Notes: a model not told the origin generated them from the sequence alone. A stretch of DNA of 64,000 nt from an uncultured delta proteobacterium (GCA_963775425.1 CAVZJB010000003.1:512001-576000); one strand, 5' to 3'; counted from the first letter of the stretch, positions 1-11,627 are shown. A program made the numbers and translations.

Positions 1-144
1 GACCTCGTGGGTCTCCTCCAGGAGGTACGACCGGAGCGTCCTGAGCGTCTGCTCGCGGTCCCAGGGGCAGCCGTCCTTCGCCCGCAGCGTCGTCATGGTG
101 TCGCACAAAGCGAGAAAGCTGTCGGCCGCGTTTCTTCGGAGCAT
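1..144 (-). CDS. mazG: MazG nucleoside triphosphate pyrophosphohydrolase (5' part, runs off window)
   Basis: Manual minus-strand translation [48 protein letters not shown] contains the MazG signature GCPWDREQT...YLLEE; not in the ORF track. Confidence 0.9.
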   Translation of the reverse strand, partial: MLRRNAADSFLALCDTMTTLRAKDGCPWDREQTLRTLRSYLLEETHEV

Positions 145-170
145 GGGTTCTTTTGGTAGCATCAGCGGCG

Positions 171-1400
171 ATGGAGAGCGACCCGTACAGCTTCGAGCTG
201 GCCCCGAGCGTCGACATCACCCGGCTGCCGTTGACGACGGAGGAGGGCTTCGTCGTGTCGCGCATGCTCGGCCGCCGGGTGACGGCGCTCGACCTCGTGC
301 GCGAAGGGGTGCCGCAGGCGCGCATCGACTCCGTCGTCGACAGCCTCGTCAAGAAGGGCGCCATCGTCCGCATCGGCTCCAAGAAGGGCGGCGCCGAGGC
401 GGTCTACGGCGACGTCGTGTTCTCGGTGGGCGACCTCGCCGAGGCCGCCGACATCACCGAGGATCAGAAGAAGCGCATCCTGTTCGTCGAGATGAACCTC
501 GACAAGTGGAGCTACTACAAGCTGCTCGGGCTGAGGAAGGGCTCGACGCCGGCGGAGATCAAGGCCGGCTACTTCCGCGCGTCGAAGGAGTTCCACCCCG
601 ACGCATACTTCAGAAAGAACCTCGGCTCGTACAAGGACCGCGTCGACCGCATCTTCCGCACGATGAAGATCGCGTATGACCTGCTTTCGGACCCGGGCAA
701 GCGCGCCGAGTACGACGCCACCGCCGTCATCGAGCTCACGCCGGAGGACGAGGCGGAGCTCGAGGTGCTCGCGGAGAAGAGGCGCCAAGGCAAGCTCGCG
801 CAGGAGCGGGACGAACGAAACGCTGTCCGCATGAAGGAGGCGCGGCTCAAGAGAAACCCGATGGCCGAGCGCATCAAGAAGGGGCGGGACTACATGAAGC
901 TCGCCGAGGACGCGCACGCGGCGGGCAAGATCGAGGAGGCGGCCAACCACGCCCGCCTCGCCGTCGGCTACGACCAGGGGCTGAAGGCGCACGCCGAGCG
1001 GTTCATCATCGAGGCCGCGCGGGCCCGCGCAGGCGGGATGATGAAGCGGGTGAATCAAATCCTGATGTCGCCGGCGGACACGCGCGAGCACCTGGCCGAG
1101 CTGAACCAGGTCGTGGACGAGGCTGCCGACATTGCCGCACAGGCCCGCGACGCCGAGCTGCTGGCTGACGTCTCGCGGGCCCTGCTCGCCCTGAAGCGGC
1201 CGGTGCGCGCCGCCAAGCTCGCCCAGACGGCCTCCGAGGCCGACCCCACCTCCGCCCGGGCGTGGGAGGCGCTGGCCGAGGCCGCCTCGGCCGACAACAA
1301 GTGGGCAATCTTGCTCAAGGCCTCCGAGCGCTGGCTCGGCCTGGACCGCACCAACGCACGCGCCAAGGAGCTGTTCAAAGAGGCCAAGCGCAACACCTGA
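171..1400 (+). CDS. J-domain (DnaJ-type) co-chaperone with C-terminal TPR-like helices
   Basis: YYKLLGL...EIKAGY...KEFHPD...[16 protein letters not shown]-domain with HPD motif; directly upstream of dnaK. ATG 171 chosen over TTG 153. Confidence 0.85.
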   Translation: MESDPYSFELAPSVDITRLPLTTEEGFVVSRMLGRRVTALDLVREGVPQARIDSVVDSLVKKGAIVRIGSKKGGAEAVYGDVVFSVGDLAEAADITEDQKKRILFVEMNLDKWSYYKLLGLRKGSTPAEIKAGYFRASKEFHPDAYFRKNLGSYKDRVDRIFRTMKIAYDLLSDPGKRAEYDATAVIELTPEDEAELEVLAEKRRQGKLAQERDERNAVRMKEARLKRNPMAERIKKGRDYMKLAEDAHAAGKIEEAANHARLAVGYDQGLKAHAERFIIEAARARAGGMMKRVNQILMSPADTREHLAELNQVVDEAADIAAQARDAELLADVSRALLALKRPVRAAKLAQTASEADPTSARAWEALAEAASADNKWAILLKASERWLGLDRTNARAKELFKEAKRNT

Positions 1401-1443
1401 CGAGGTTGTGTTCGAGGCCCGATCGCGGGCATGCTCGGCCGGA

Positions 1444-3288
<1,845 letters not shown>

Positions 3289-3331
3289 GGCCAAATCGAC
3301 GTGGCGGCGGCATCTGTCCTAGAACCGTGAT

Positions 3332-4867
3332 GTGAGCGAGAGCATCGACACCTGGCTCGAGGAGGGCCTGCGCTACTACAGCCAGGGCGACCCCTCCCGC
3401 GCGCTCGAGGCGTGGTACCGCATCCTCGACGTCGATCCCGCGCACTCGCTGGCGCAGCAGTATGTCGCGTACGTGCGGCAAGTCTATCGGCTGGACGCCA
3501 CGTCGACGCCACCGACGGCGCAGGCCGTGGCCGGCAACCAGCAGACGGCGACGCTGTCGCGCGGCGTGGCCATGCCGAGCCCGAGCGTCCCGGCAGCGGA
3601 GGCCGCCGCCGAGGAGAAGAAGAGCATCATCGGGCTCGACGCTACGTCGAGCTGGAGCGACGTCGTCGACTCCGCGTTCGACGTCACGCCCAAGGGGTCC
3701 CCGGCGTCGCCGGGCCCGCCCGCCAAGATGGCCGCCGGCAACCCCTGGGCGCCCCGGCCCCGCGGGAACAAAGACGGCGCGGACGCGGTGATGCCGCCGC
3801 CGACGATGCCGCCGCCGACCATGCCGACGCCGACCATGGCGCCTCCGACCATGCCGCCTCCGACCATGCCGCCTCCGACCATGCCGCCTCCGACCATGCC
3901 GCCGGAGTCGATGCCGCCGCCGACGATGTCGTCGATGCCGCCGCCGACGATGTCGTCGATGCCGCCGCCGTCGATGCCGCCGTCGACGATGTTGCCGTCG
4001 ATGCCGTCTTTGGCGCAGGCACCGTCGTCGCCGCAGCCGATGCCGCCGGAGTCGATGCCGACGGTGCCGCCGCAGTCGATGCCAGCGTCGACGCCGCCAG
4101 CGTCGCCGCCGCCAGCGTCGCCGCCGCCAGCGTCGCCAGCGTCGCCAGCGTCGACGCTGCCAGCGTCGACGCCGCCAGCGTCGATTTCGCCGGCGTCGAT
4201 TTCGCCGGAGTCGATGCCGCCGGGGTCGATGCCGCCGCAGTCGATGCCGCCGGAGTCGATGCCGCCGCACTCGGTGCCGCCGCAGTCGGTGCCGCCGGAG
4301 TCGATGCCGCCGCAGTCGGTGCCGCCGCCGGCCGCGTCGGAGCCTGCCGCGTCGGAGCCGTCGTCGCCGCCCCTCGCGCCGTCGCCGCTGCCCGTTGTGC
4401 CGTCGGCGAACCCCCTTGCGCCGACGCCGCTGCCCGTTGTGCCGTCGGCGAACCCCCTTGCGCCGACGCCTCTTGCGCCGTCGCCGTCGCCGCTCGCGTC
4501 GTCCCCGCCCGTTGCGCCGTCGCCCGCCGCGTCGTCGCCGTCGCCCGCCGCGTCGTCGCCGTCGCCCGCCGCGTCGTCGTCGTCGCCCGACCCGTCGTCG
4601 TCGTCCGCGTCGTCGGAGCCGTCGCCGCCGCTGGCGCCCGCTCCGCTGGCGGCGTCGGACGCGCCCGCGGACCCGGCTTTGTCGGGCGCTGCCTCGCCCG
4701 CGGCGGCTGCGCAGCCCGCGCAGGCGGACGCGGAGAGCGCGCCGGTGCTCGAGCCGGAGCCCCCTCCGCCGATGATCGAGCCGATCTCGACGTCGCTGCC
4801 CGCGATGGCGCCCGTCCGGGAGAGCGAGATTCGAGCAGATGCGCAAGGCCAGCGAGAAGACGGGTGA
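3332..4867 (+). CDS. N-terminal part of a TPR + Pro/Ser/Met-rich repeat protein (probably frameshifted, continues in 4839..5885)
   Basis: N-terminal TPR-like WLEEGLRYY...ALEAWYRILDVDP followed by MPPPT/MPPES repeats. Confidence 0.65.
   Translation: MSESIDTWLEEGLRYYSQGDPSRALEAWYRILDVDPAHSLAQQYVAYVRQVYRLDATSTPPTAQAVAGNQQTATLSRGVAMPSPSVPAAEAAAEEKKSIIGLDATSSWSDVVDSAFDVTPKGSPASPGPPAKMAAGNPWAPRPRGNKDGADAVMPPPTMPPPTMPTPTMAPPTMPPPTMPPPTMPPPTMPPESMPPPTMSSMPPPTMSSMPPPSMPPSTMLPSMPSLAQAPSSPQPMPPESMPTVPPQSMPASTPPASPPPASPPPASPASPASTLPASTPPASISPASISPESMPPGSMPPQSMPPESMPPHSVPPQSVPPESMPPQSVPPPAASEPAASEPSSPPLAPSPLPVVPSANPLAPTPLPVVPSANPLAPTPLAPSPSPLASSPPVAPSPAASSPSPAASSPSPAASSSSPDPSSSSASSEPSPPLAPAPLAASDAPADPALSGAASPAAAAQPAQADAESAPVLEPEPPPPMIEPISTSLPAMAPVRESEIRADAQGQREDG
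3790..4600 (+). repeat. Coding minisatellite array (15-bp MPPPT/MPPES units, 42-bp duplication, 21-bp units)
   Basis: atgccgcctccgacc repeated; PLPVVPSANPLAPT occurs twice; gccgtcgcccgccgcgtcgtc occurs three times. Confidence 0.9.
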
Positions 4868-5885
4868 GTTCGACCCGTGGCGCGGCGACACGATGCCGCC
4901 GATCGTGCACCCCGATCCGGAGGCGGCGGCCGCGGCGGCCTCCGCGTTCGACCTCGCGCCCACGCCACCGCCGACCGACGTGCCTCCCGAGCTGCAGAAC
5001 CTCGGGGCGCAGACGGGGACCATCGACATCGACATCGACATCGACGACGCGCCGCCCCCGGCGTCGCCCCCGTCGCCCCCGGCGTCGCCCCCGTCACCGG
5101 CGTCGGAGCGCTCGCCGCCGGCGTGGAAGCAGACCGCCGTCGACGAGGTCGGCCTCGGCGCGGGCATCCACCGCGTCGGCGGCGCCAGCCGCGTCGAGGT
5201 CGCCGGCGGCGTCCCCGCTGAGCGACGCAGCCAGGAGAGGCCGGGCCGCGTCGAGGAGCGGGTGGTCAAGCAGAGCGTCCGCTTCGGCGAGAGCTTCGAC
5301 GATGGGCCCACGCCGCTCGCCCGCCCCGCCGAGCCCCCCGAGCCCGCGCCCAACGTGGTCATGGACCCCTGGGACGAGATCGGCGGGCCCGCCGTCGCGC
5401 TCGACCTCGACAAGTCCGAGCCGCCGCCGTCGCCGTTCGCCGCCCTCGTCAGCCAGCCTCCGCCGCAGGAGCCGGAGCCCGAGCCGGCGCCGGCGCCGGA
5501 GCAGGAGGAGGACCAGTGTGAGGCGCTCATGCGCGGCGCGCGCGAGCTGTTCGAGCTCGGCGACTTCTCCGGCTCCCTCGACCTCGTCGAGAAGGTCCTC
5601 AAGATCGACGCCGAGAACGTCAGCGCGCGTGCCTACATGCAGCGCAACGAGGCCACGCTCGTCAAGATGTACGAGTCCAAGCTCGGCGACATGGGTCGCA
5701 CGCCGCGGCAGCTCATGCCGCCCGACGAGGTCATCTGGATGAACATGCACCACAAGGCGGGCTTCCTGCTTTCGCAGGTGGATGGCCAGCTCTCGTTCGA
5801 GGACCTGCTCGTGATCTCCGGGATGCCGCGCTTCGACACCATGCGCATCCTCGCGGACCTCGTGCAGCAGGGGATCATCGGCTAG
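4839..5885 (+). CDS. C-terminal part of the same protein: Pro/acidic linker, TPR and myxobacterial-type C-terminal domain
   Basis: ARELFELGDFSGSLDLVEKVLKIDAEN (TPR) and HKAGFLLSQVDGQLSFEDLLVISGMPRFDTMRILADLVQQGII (winged-helix-like domain common in myxobacterial proteins). Confidence 0.7.
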   Translation: MRKASEKTGEFDPWRGDTMPPIVHPDPEAAAAAASAFDLAPTPPPTDVPPELQNLGAQTGTIDIDIDIDDAPPPASPPSPPASPPSPASERSPPAWKQTAVDEVGLGAGIHRVGGASRVEVAGGVPAERRSQERPGRVEERVVKQSVRFGESFDDGPTPLARPAEPPEPAPNVVMDPWDEIGGPAVALDLDKSEPPPSPFAALVSQPPPQEPEPEPAPAPEQEEDQCEALMRGARELFELGDFSGSLDLVEKVLKIDAENVSARAYMQRNEATLVKMYESKLGDMGRTPRQLMPPDEVIWMNMHHKAGFLLSQVDGQLSFEDLLVISGMPRFDTMRILADLVQQGIIG

Positions 5886-5911
5886 GCGACCGGAGGAAAG
5901 GCGCGCCGCGC

Positions 5912-6724
5912 ATGATCGACATCGACGACGACTCGGCGCTCCCGGATGCGCTCCGCAACGCCACCTACCGCGTTGGCGGCATCTACGACGAGCCCGCCTG
6001 GTACGACGTCGACTACGCCGGCTACCGCGGCGAGGAAGCGTTCTACCGCCTCGTCCTCGACAAGGCGCTGAAGCCCGGCGGCGTCTGCGTCGAGCTCGGC
6101 GTCGGCACCGGCCGCCTCGCGCTGAGGTTCGTCGACGACGGCTTCCCGCTGCACGGCGTGGAGCCCTCACCCAAGATGCGCGCGCTCCTCGAAGAGAAAC
6201 GCGGGGCGCGCGCGCTCGTCGTCGAGGACGCCACGGCGCGCTCGTTCGTGGGTCCAGACGCGCGCATCGACGTCGTCACCTTCCCGTTCAACGGCCTCTT
6301 GCACGTGCGCACACGCGAAGAGATGCTCGCGAGCTTCGTGCACGTACGCGACAAGCTCGACGACGACGGCCGCTTCGCGCTCGACATCACCGGCCCATAT
6401 TGGGATGCCATGATCTACGGGCCCACCGCGTGGGGCCGCAGCGACGAGCGCACGCACCCGGAGACCGGGCGCAAGGTCCTCACCGCCGATCGCGCGCGCT
6501 ACGACCCGGCCACGCGCCAGATGCACATCGACATCCGCTACCTGCTCGAGGGCGAGCGCGAGGGCGTCGAGATCGCGCTCCTGCAGACGATGTGGACATG
6601 GCAGCAGGTGCTCGCCGCGCTCGAGGAGACCGGCTTCGCCGTGGAGCTCCTGTTCGGCGACGTCGACATGGCGCCCTTCGACGAGGGCTCGTCGCGGATG
6701 CTGGTGAGCGCGCGCAAGCGCTGA
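5912..6724 (+). CDS. Class I SAM-dependent methyltransferase
   Basis: VELGVGTGRLA SAM-binding motif, GVEPS, FPFNGLLH; GGAGG SD upstream. Confidence 0.85.
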   Translation: MIDIDDDSALPDALRNATYRVGGIYDEPAWYDVDYAGYRGEEAFYRLVLDKALKPGGVCVELGVGTGRLALRFVDDGFPLHGVEPSPKMRALLEEKRGARALVVEDATARSFVGPDARIDVVTFPFNGLLHVRTREEMLASFVHVRDKLDDDGRFALDITGPYWDAMIYGPTAWGRSDERTHPETGRKVLTADRARYDPATRQMHIDIRYLLEGEREGVEIALLQTMWTWQQVLAALEETGFAVELLFGDVDMAPFDEGSSRMLVSARKR

Positions 6725-6726
6725 GC

Positions 6727-7539
6727 TCAGGCGAGGCCGAGCTTCTGCAGGTGCATGTGGTGGTAGGAGCGCACCTTGGTCATCGGCGCGGAAGGGTCGA
6801 CGCCGAGGCGGGACATGTTGTCGGCGTTCTCTTCGAAGATGGCCATCATCTCGTCGGACAGCTCGCCCACCGTGTCCTCGACGACGGCGCGCTTGTCCGG
6901 CTGCGCGTCGAGCAGGCCGCGCAGCCGCATCAGCCCGAAGCCCACGTGGCGGCGCTCGTCGAGGAGGACGGTCTTGAGGATCTGGGAGGTGCCTGGGTCG
7001 ATCTCCTCGAGGAGCGCGGCGTTGAACTCGAAGAAGCCGAGCGCGAGGCCCTCGAGCGCGAGGTTCTGCCCAATGACACCGCCGACGAAGTCGCGCGAAT
7101 CGCAGACGCGGCTGCGCATGTCCTCGTGGAACTTGAACATGCGCGGGTTCACGTAGCGGCGGAGGGTGTCGTCGATGTCCTCGCGGCCGAGGAGGCGCAG
7201 GCGGTGCGTGAAGACCTCGACGTGCCGGGCCTCGTCGATGACCTGCGTGGCGAGGAACATGCGGGCGTTGTCGTCGGGGGCGTAGGCGCACAGGGCCGCC
7301 GAGCACTCGAACGCGATGCGCTCGCCCGCGAGGCCGGCGGCGACGGCGCCGACGACGGCGTGGTAGGTCATGTTGGGCAGATCGCGGAACTGCGCCTGCG
7401 ACAGCGGCGGGATGTCGGGCTCGTAGCCGAAGGTCTTTCCGTCGAGGTAGCGCGCCGTGGACTCGCGCCAGTGCTGGACCTCGTAGAGCTTGTGCGGGCG
7501 GAGCTCTTGCGCAGTGGGCGTGTAGGAAAGCTCGCTCAT
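6727..7539 (-). CDS. Ferritin-like diiron-carboxylate protein (R2/R2lox-like)
   Basis: Ligand pattern GE...DEARH...LEG...DERRH; ATG 7539 overlaps the TetR stop (ATGA). Confidence 0.8.
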   Translation of the reverse strand: MSELSYTPTAQELRPHKLYEVQHWRESTARYLDGKTFGYEPDIPPLSQAQFRDLPNMTYHAVVGAVAAGLAGERIAFECSAALCAYAPDDNARMFLATQVIDEARHVEVFTHRLRLLGREDIDDTLRRYVNPRMFKFHEDMRSRVCDSRDFVGGVIGQNLALEGLALGFFEFNAALLEEIDPGTSQILKTVLLDERRHVGFGLMRLRGLLDAQPDKRAVVEDTVGELSDEMMAIFEENADNMSRLGVDPSAPMTKVRSYHHMHLQKLGLA

Positions 7540-8228
7540 GCTGCCCTCGATGCGTCGCTGCCGTCGGCGGCGCGCTGTTGGCGAACGGAAACGGGGATGG
7601 CGGCGGCCGCGGCGGCGGCGGCGGCGGTGATGGCGTCGCGCAGGGGCTCGCGCGTGAGCGGCGCCGCCGTCGACGACGCGATGGTCCACTGCAGGAGGCC
7701 GCCTTCAATGATGGCGAGGATGGCCGCGGTGTGCGCGCGGAGCTGCTCGTCGTCGAGCTGCTCGAGCTCCGGGCGCTGGGCGAGCAGCGCGCGGCGGACC
7801 AGCGAGCGCGCGGCCTCCTGCACGTCGACGACGACGTCGCGGATGGTCGGGCGCGACGCGGCCTGCGCCCAGTAGTCGATCCACACGCGGAAGCGCCGCA
7901 GCGCGTCGGTTTCGTCGCCGAGGAAGTGCCAACGGGCGACGTCCGCGACCAGCCGCTGGCGGCGCTCGGGGTGGGCGGCGCAGGCGCGGATGCGCTGGTC
8001 GAGGCCTTCGGAGAGCTGCTCGAAGTAGCGCTCGCCGAGGCGGCGCATCAAGGACGCGGTGATCTCGTCCTTGGACGCGAAGAAGTAGTGCAGCGCGCCG
8101 CGCGCGATGCCCGCGGCCTCGGCGATCTCGGTGATGGACGTGGCGTGCAGGCCGCGGTCCGCGATCACCGCGTACATCGCGTCGAGGATCTGCGCCCGCC
8201 TCTCGTCCCGCACCACCGGCCTCGCCAT
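7536..8228 (-). CDS. TetR/AcrR family regulator (BetI-like)
   Basis: RRAQILDA...GLHATSITEIAEAAGIARGALHYFFASKDEI HTH. Confidence 0.92.
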   Translation of the reverse strand: MARPVVRDERRAQILDAMYAVIADRGLHATSITEIAEAAGIARGALHYFFASKDEITASLMRRLGERYFEQLSEGLDQRIRACAAHPERRQRLVADVARWHFLGDETDALRRFRVWIDYWAQAASRPTIRDVVVDVQEAARSLVRRALLAQRPELEQLDDEQLRAHTAAILAIIEGGLLQWTIASSTAAPLTREPLRDAITAAAAAAAAAIPVSVRQQRAADGSDASRAA

Positions 8229-8271
8229 CGCGCGCCCCTCTTTGTGCTGTCCGTCTGCCGTCGGGCCTTGG

Positions 8272-8287
8272 TTGGACGGCCGTCCAA
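8272..8287. promoter_or_regulatory. Perfect 16-bp palindrome, probable TetR operator
   Basis: TTGGACGGCCGTCCAA, 44 bp upstream of the tetR start. Confidence 0.7.
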
Positions 8288-8464
8288 GGTTGCAGGATTG
8301 CATCCGGACGCGCTCCCGCAGTCAATGGGTGTGCTCGGGTTTCTTGCGTCGGTCATCCGCCCGATGCGACATCTCCGGCGCCGCCGCCGTCGCGATCGCG
8401 CGCGTCCCTCCGGCGGGCGTGCGCGCCCGTTGACGCCCGGGGCGCCGTCGACGACACCGCCGCC

Positions 8465-10027
8465 ATGAGCGACGGCACCAACCAGGATCGGCAGCCCGCG
8501 GCCGCCTTCAAGCAGAAGCTCGACGCCGAGATCGACGTCATCAAGAAGGGCGGGGCGCCCAAGTACCACGAGGCCAACGCCAAGAAGGGGAAGCTGTTCG
8601 CCCGGGAGCGCATCGCCCTCCTCGTCGACCCTGGGTCGTTCGTCGAGGACGGCGTGTTCGCCAACTCGTTGGCCAAGGACCTCCCCGGCGACGGCGTCGT
8701 TACCGGCATCGCCCGCGTGCACGGCCGCGAGGTCGCCGTGATGGCCAACGACTCCACGGTGAAGGCGGGCTCCTGGGGCGCCCTCACCGTCGAGAAGATC
8801 GTGCGCATCCAGGAGACGGCGCTGCGCTACCGCATCCCCATCCTCTACCTCGTCGACAGCGCGGGCGCGCGCATCACCGACCAGATCGAGATGTTCCCGG
8901 GCCGGCGCCACGCGGGGCGCATCTTCCACAACGAGGTGAAGCTGTCGGGGACGGTGCCGCAGGTGTGCCTGCTGTTCGGGCCGTCGGCGGCGGGCGGCGC
9001 GTACATCCCGGCGTTTTGCGACGTGGTGTTCATGGTCGACAAGAACGCCTCGATGTACCTGGGCTCCGACCGCATGGTGGAGATGGTCATCGGCGAGAAG
9101 ATCACGCTCGAGGACCTCGGCGGCGCGCGCATGCACACCTCGGAGAGCGGCTGCGCGGACTTCCTGTGCAAGACGGAGGAGGAGGCCATCGCGAGCTGCC
9201 GCCGCTGGCTGAGCTACTTCCCGCAGCGCGCGGGCGAGAAGCCGCCGGTGGCCGGTGGGCGCGCGCCGCGGCACGGGCTGAGCGTCGACGACATCGTCCC
9301 GGACGACGAAAAGACCATCTTCGATGCGGTGGCGCTCGTGGAGGCCATCGTCGACGAAGGCAGCTTCTTCGAGGTGAAGAAGCGCTTCGCCAAGGAGCTC
9401 GTGGTCGGGCTCGCGCGCATCGACGGGCGCGTCGTCGGCGTGCTCGCCAACCAGCCCAAGCAAAAGGGCGGCGTCTTGTTCGTCGACAGCGCCGACAAGG
9501 CCGCGCGCTTCATCTGGATGTGCGACGCGTTCGAGATCCCGCTCATCTTCCTCGCCGACGTGCCCGGCTTCATGATCGGGTCCAAGGTGGAGAAGCAGGG
9601 GATCATCCGCCACGGCGCCAAGATGATCGCCGCGATGAGCGAGGCCACGGTGCCGCGCATCTGCGTCGTCGTGCGCAAGGCGTACGGCGCGGGGCTCTAC
9701 GCGATGAGCGGGCCGGCGTTCGAGCCCGACGTCACCCTGGCGCTGCCGCAGGCGTCGATCGCGGTGATGGGCGCGGAGGCCGCGGTGAACGCGGTGTACT
9801 TCAACAAGATCCAGGCGCTGCCGGAGGCGGAGCGGCCCGCGTACGTCGAAGAGCTGCGCGCCGCGTATCGCGAGGACATCGACCTGCACAAGCTCGCCGC
9901 GTCGCTCGTCGTCGACGCGGTGGTCCCCGGCAACGGCCTGCGGCAGGAGCTCATCCGCCGGCTCTCCTACATGGAGAGCAAGAGCGACGCGCGCCCGCCG
10001 AAGAAGCACTGCGTCTACCCGGTCTGA
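8465..10027 (+). CDS. Acyl-CoA carboxylase carboxyltransferase (beta) subunit, MccB/LiuB/PccB family
   Basis: GKLFARERI, DGVVTG, DSAGARI, AGGAY, DVPGFMIG, RKAYGAG motifs. Confidence 0.92.
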   Translation: MSDGTNQDRQPAAAFKQKLDAEIDVIKKGGAPKYHEANAKKGKLFARERIALLVDPGSFVEDGVFANSLAKDLPGDGVVTGIARVHGREVAVMANDSTVKAGSWGALTVEKIVRIQETALRYRIPILYLVDSAGARITDQIEMFPGRRHAGRIFHNEVKLSGTVPQVCLLFGPSAAGGAYIPAFCDVVFMVDKNASMYLGSDRMVEMVIGEKITLEDLGGARMHTSESGCADFLCKTEEEAIASCRRWLSYFPQRAGEKPPVAGGRAPRHGLSVDDIVPDDEKTIFDAVALVEAIVDEGSFFEVKKRFAKELVVGLARIDGRVVGVLANQPKQKGGVLFVDSADKAARFIWMCDAFEIPLIFLADVPGFMIGSKVEKQGIIRHGAKMIAAMSEATVPRICVVVRKAYGAGLYAMSGPAFEPDVTLALPQASIAVMGAEAAVNAVYFNKIQALPEAERPAYVEELRAAYREDIDLHKLAASLVVDAVVPGNGLRQELIRRLSYMESKSDARPPKKHCVYPV

Positions 10028-10065
10028 GCTCCGCGCGCGTCACGGGCGCGTGGCCACGCTCGGGC

Positions 10066-10641
10066 TCAGGCGGGCTTGCGGCGCCGGAGGCGCATGAGGA
10101 GGCCGGCGAGGAGGGCGAGCGCGATGACGCCGCCAGCGACGGCGACGGTGAGGGTGACGGCGGCGGTGCGGGTCATGGGAGCCCGCGGCGTCCTTGCGAT
10201 GAGGCCGCGGGTGAGGCCGACGAGGCCGGCCTGGAGATCGCCGGCGGCGAAGCGCTGGGTGGCGTCGGACGTCAGGTCGGCGAGGCCGCGGTCGCCGACC
10301 ATGTCTTGCAGCGCGTCGTCGACCTCGACCCGCATGCGCCGCTCGTGCACCGCGAGCACCACGAGCACGTGGGGCGATCCCGCGGCCCAGCCGGAGCGGA
10401 AGGCGCGCGACGCCCGGTCCATCGCGTCGACGAGGGTGCCGCCGCCGAGCTCTGGCAGTGTGAGCACGCCGACGGCGACGCCGCTTTGCGCGCGGTGCGC
10501 TTCGAGCTCCTCTTCGAGCGCGCCCGCGGTCTCGTCATCGAGGACGCCCGCGTCGTCGACGAGCGCGCGCGGCATCTCGAGCGCGGGGGCGCGCTCGGCG
10601 GGCGGCGCGTCGACCGCGAGGAGGAGGACGAGGACGATCAC
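10066..10641 (-). CDS. TPM-domain (TLP18.3/Psb32/MOLO-1) membrane protein
   Basis: VDDAGVLD...VLVVLAVHERRMRVEV...FAAGD pattern, signal peptide and C-terminal TM; GTG overlaps the upstream stop (GTGA). Confidence 0.7.
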   Translation of the reverse strand: MIVLVLLLAVDAPPAERAPALEMPRALVDDAGVLDDETAGALEEELEAHRAQSGVAVGVLTLPELGGGTLVDAMDRASRAFRSGWAAGSPHVLVVLAVHERRMRVEVDDALQDMVGDRGLADLTSDATQRFAAGDLQAGLVGLTRGLIARTPRAPMTRTAAVTLTVAVAGGVIALALLAGLLMRLRRRKPA

Positions 10642-11627
10642 CCGGGCGGATCCAGTCGAGCCCCGGGGGCCCCCACGCGCAGGCGCACCACCAGGAACCC
10701 CGCGCCCTCGAGGGCGTCCTCGAGCGCAGCCCGTCGATCTCCCGGCACGAAGCAGACGGCGACGTCGCCGCCGCCGGCGCCGCTCGGCTTGGCCGCGCCG
10801 CCCGCCGCGCGCGCGAGCTCGGCGATGGCCCGGTGCTCTCGCGTGACGACGTCCTTGCCCGCGGCGTCGCCGAGGGCGGCCATCGCTTCGCGCGCGTCGT
10901 CGACGGCGCCGACGACGTCGCCGGCGAGGAAGCGCGTGGTGGTGGCGGCGATGCGCGCGCGGTGCCGCGCGCGGTCGGGCAGGGCGCGGTAGGCGTCGAC
11001 GAAGCCCTGCGTCTGCGCGGGGATCCCCGTGTACGCGACCACGACGTCGAGGCCCTCGGGCAGCGGCGGCGCCGGCCGCGCGCGCCCCTCGCGGAACACC
11101 ACGACGCCGCCGTACGTCGACGCGGCGACGTCGATGCCGGAGCCGCCACCCTGAAACGCGCGGTGCGCGGCGCGGGCGATCTCGTGGACGGCGTCGATGC
11201 CCGCGGCGCCCGCGAAGGCGTAGGCGAGCGCGGTGGCGGCGGCGGCGCTCGAGCCGAGGCCGAGCTTGGGCGGCGGCTCCCCCGCCCGCGCCGGCTCCGC
11301 CGAGAACGACGACGTCGACACCGCGACGTGGGCGCGCTCCGCGGGGAAGCCGCGCCGGGTGATCTCGGCGAGGACGGCGACGAGCAGCGGGGCGTGCTCC
11401 GGATCCGCGCCCCCGGCGAGCGCGCGGGAGAGGAGGGCGCCCGTGACGGTGACCCAGCGCGGGTCGTTGCCGCGCACCCGCAGGTCCTCGGCGGGCTCGA
11501 CGGTGCAGAGCGCGCGGCGGTCGACGGCGGCGACGACGGCCTCCTCTCCGTCGACGACGGCGTACTCGCCGCACAGGACCAGCTTGCCCGGCGCCGAGAA
11601 CCGTCGCGGCGCGCCCTCGACGGCCAC
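10638..11627 (-). CDS. mvaK2: Phosphomevalonate kinase (GHMP family)
   Basis: APGKLVLCGEYAV, KLGLGSSAA, GSGIDVAASTYGG, KPSGAGGGD; downstream of mvaD. Alternative start at 11660. Confidence 0.82.
   Translation of the reverse strand: MAVEGAPRRFSAPGKLVLCGEYAVVDGEEAVVAAVDRRALCTVEPAEDLRVRGNDPRWVTVTGALLSRALAGGADPEHAPLLVAVLAEITRRGFPAERAHVAVSTSSFSAEPARAGEPPPKLGLGSSAAAATALAYAFAGAAGIDAVHEIARAAHRAFQGGGSGIDVAASTYGGVVVFREGRARPAPPLPEGLDVVVAYTGIPAQTQGFVDAYRALPDRARHRARIAATTTRFLAGDVVGAVDDAREAMAALGDAAGKDVVTREHRAIAELARAAGGAAKPSGAGGGDVAVCFVPGDRRAALEDALEGAGFLVVRLRVGAPGARLDPPG

Noticed and set aside
3790-4600. Possible CRISPR-like array
   Set aside because: The units are contiguous multiples of 3 with no unique spacers and no cas genes.
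4865-4867. TGA readthrough (selenocysteine) in the Pro-rich gene
   Set aside because: The continuation lies in a different frame, so a frameshift explains it better.
10648-10665. GATCCAGTCGAGCC resembling the tRNA-Val 3' end (att site)
   Set aside because: Short, gapped, inside the PMK coding sequence and on the wrong side of the tRNA; likely chance.
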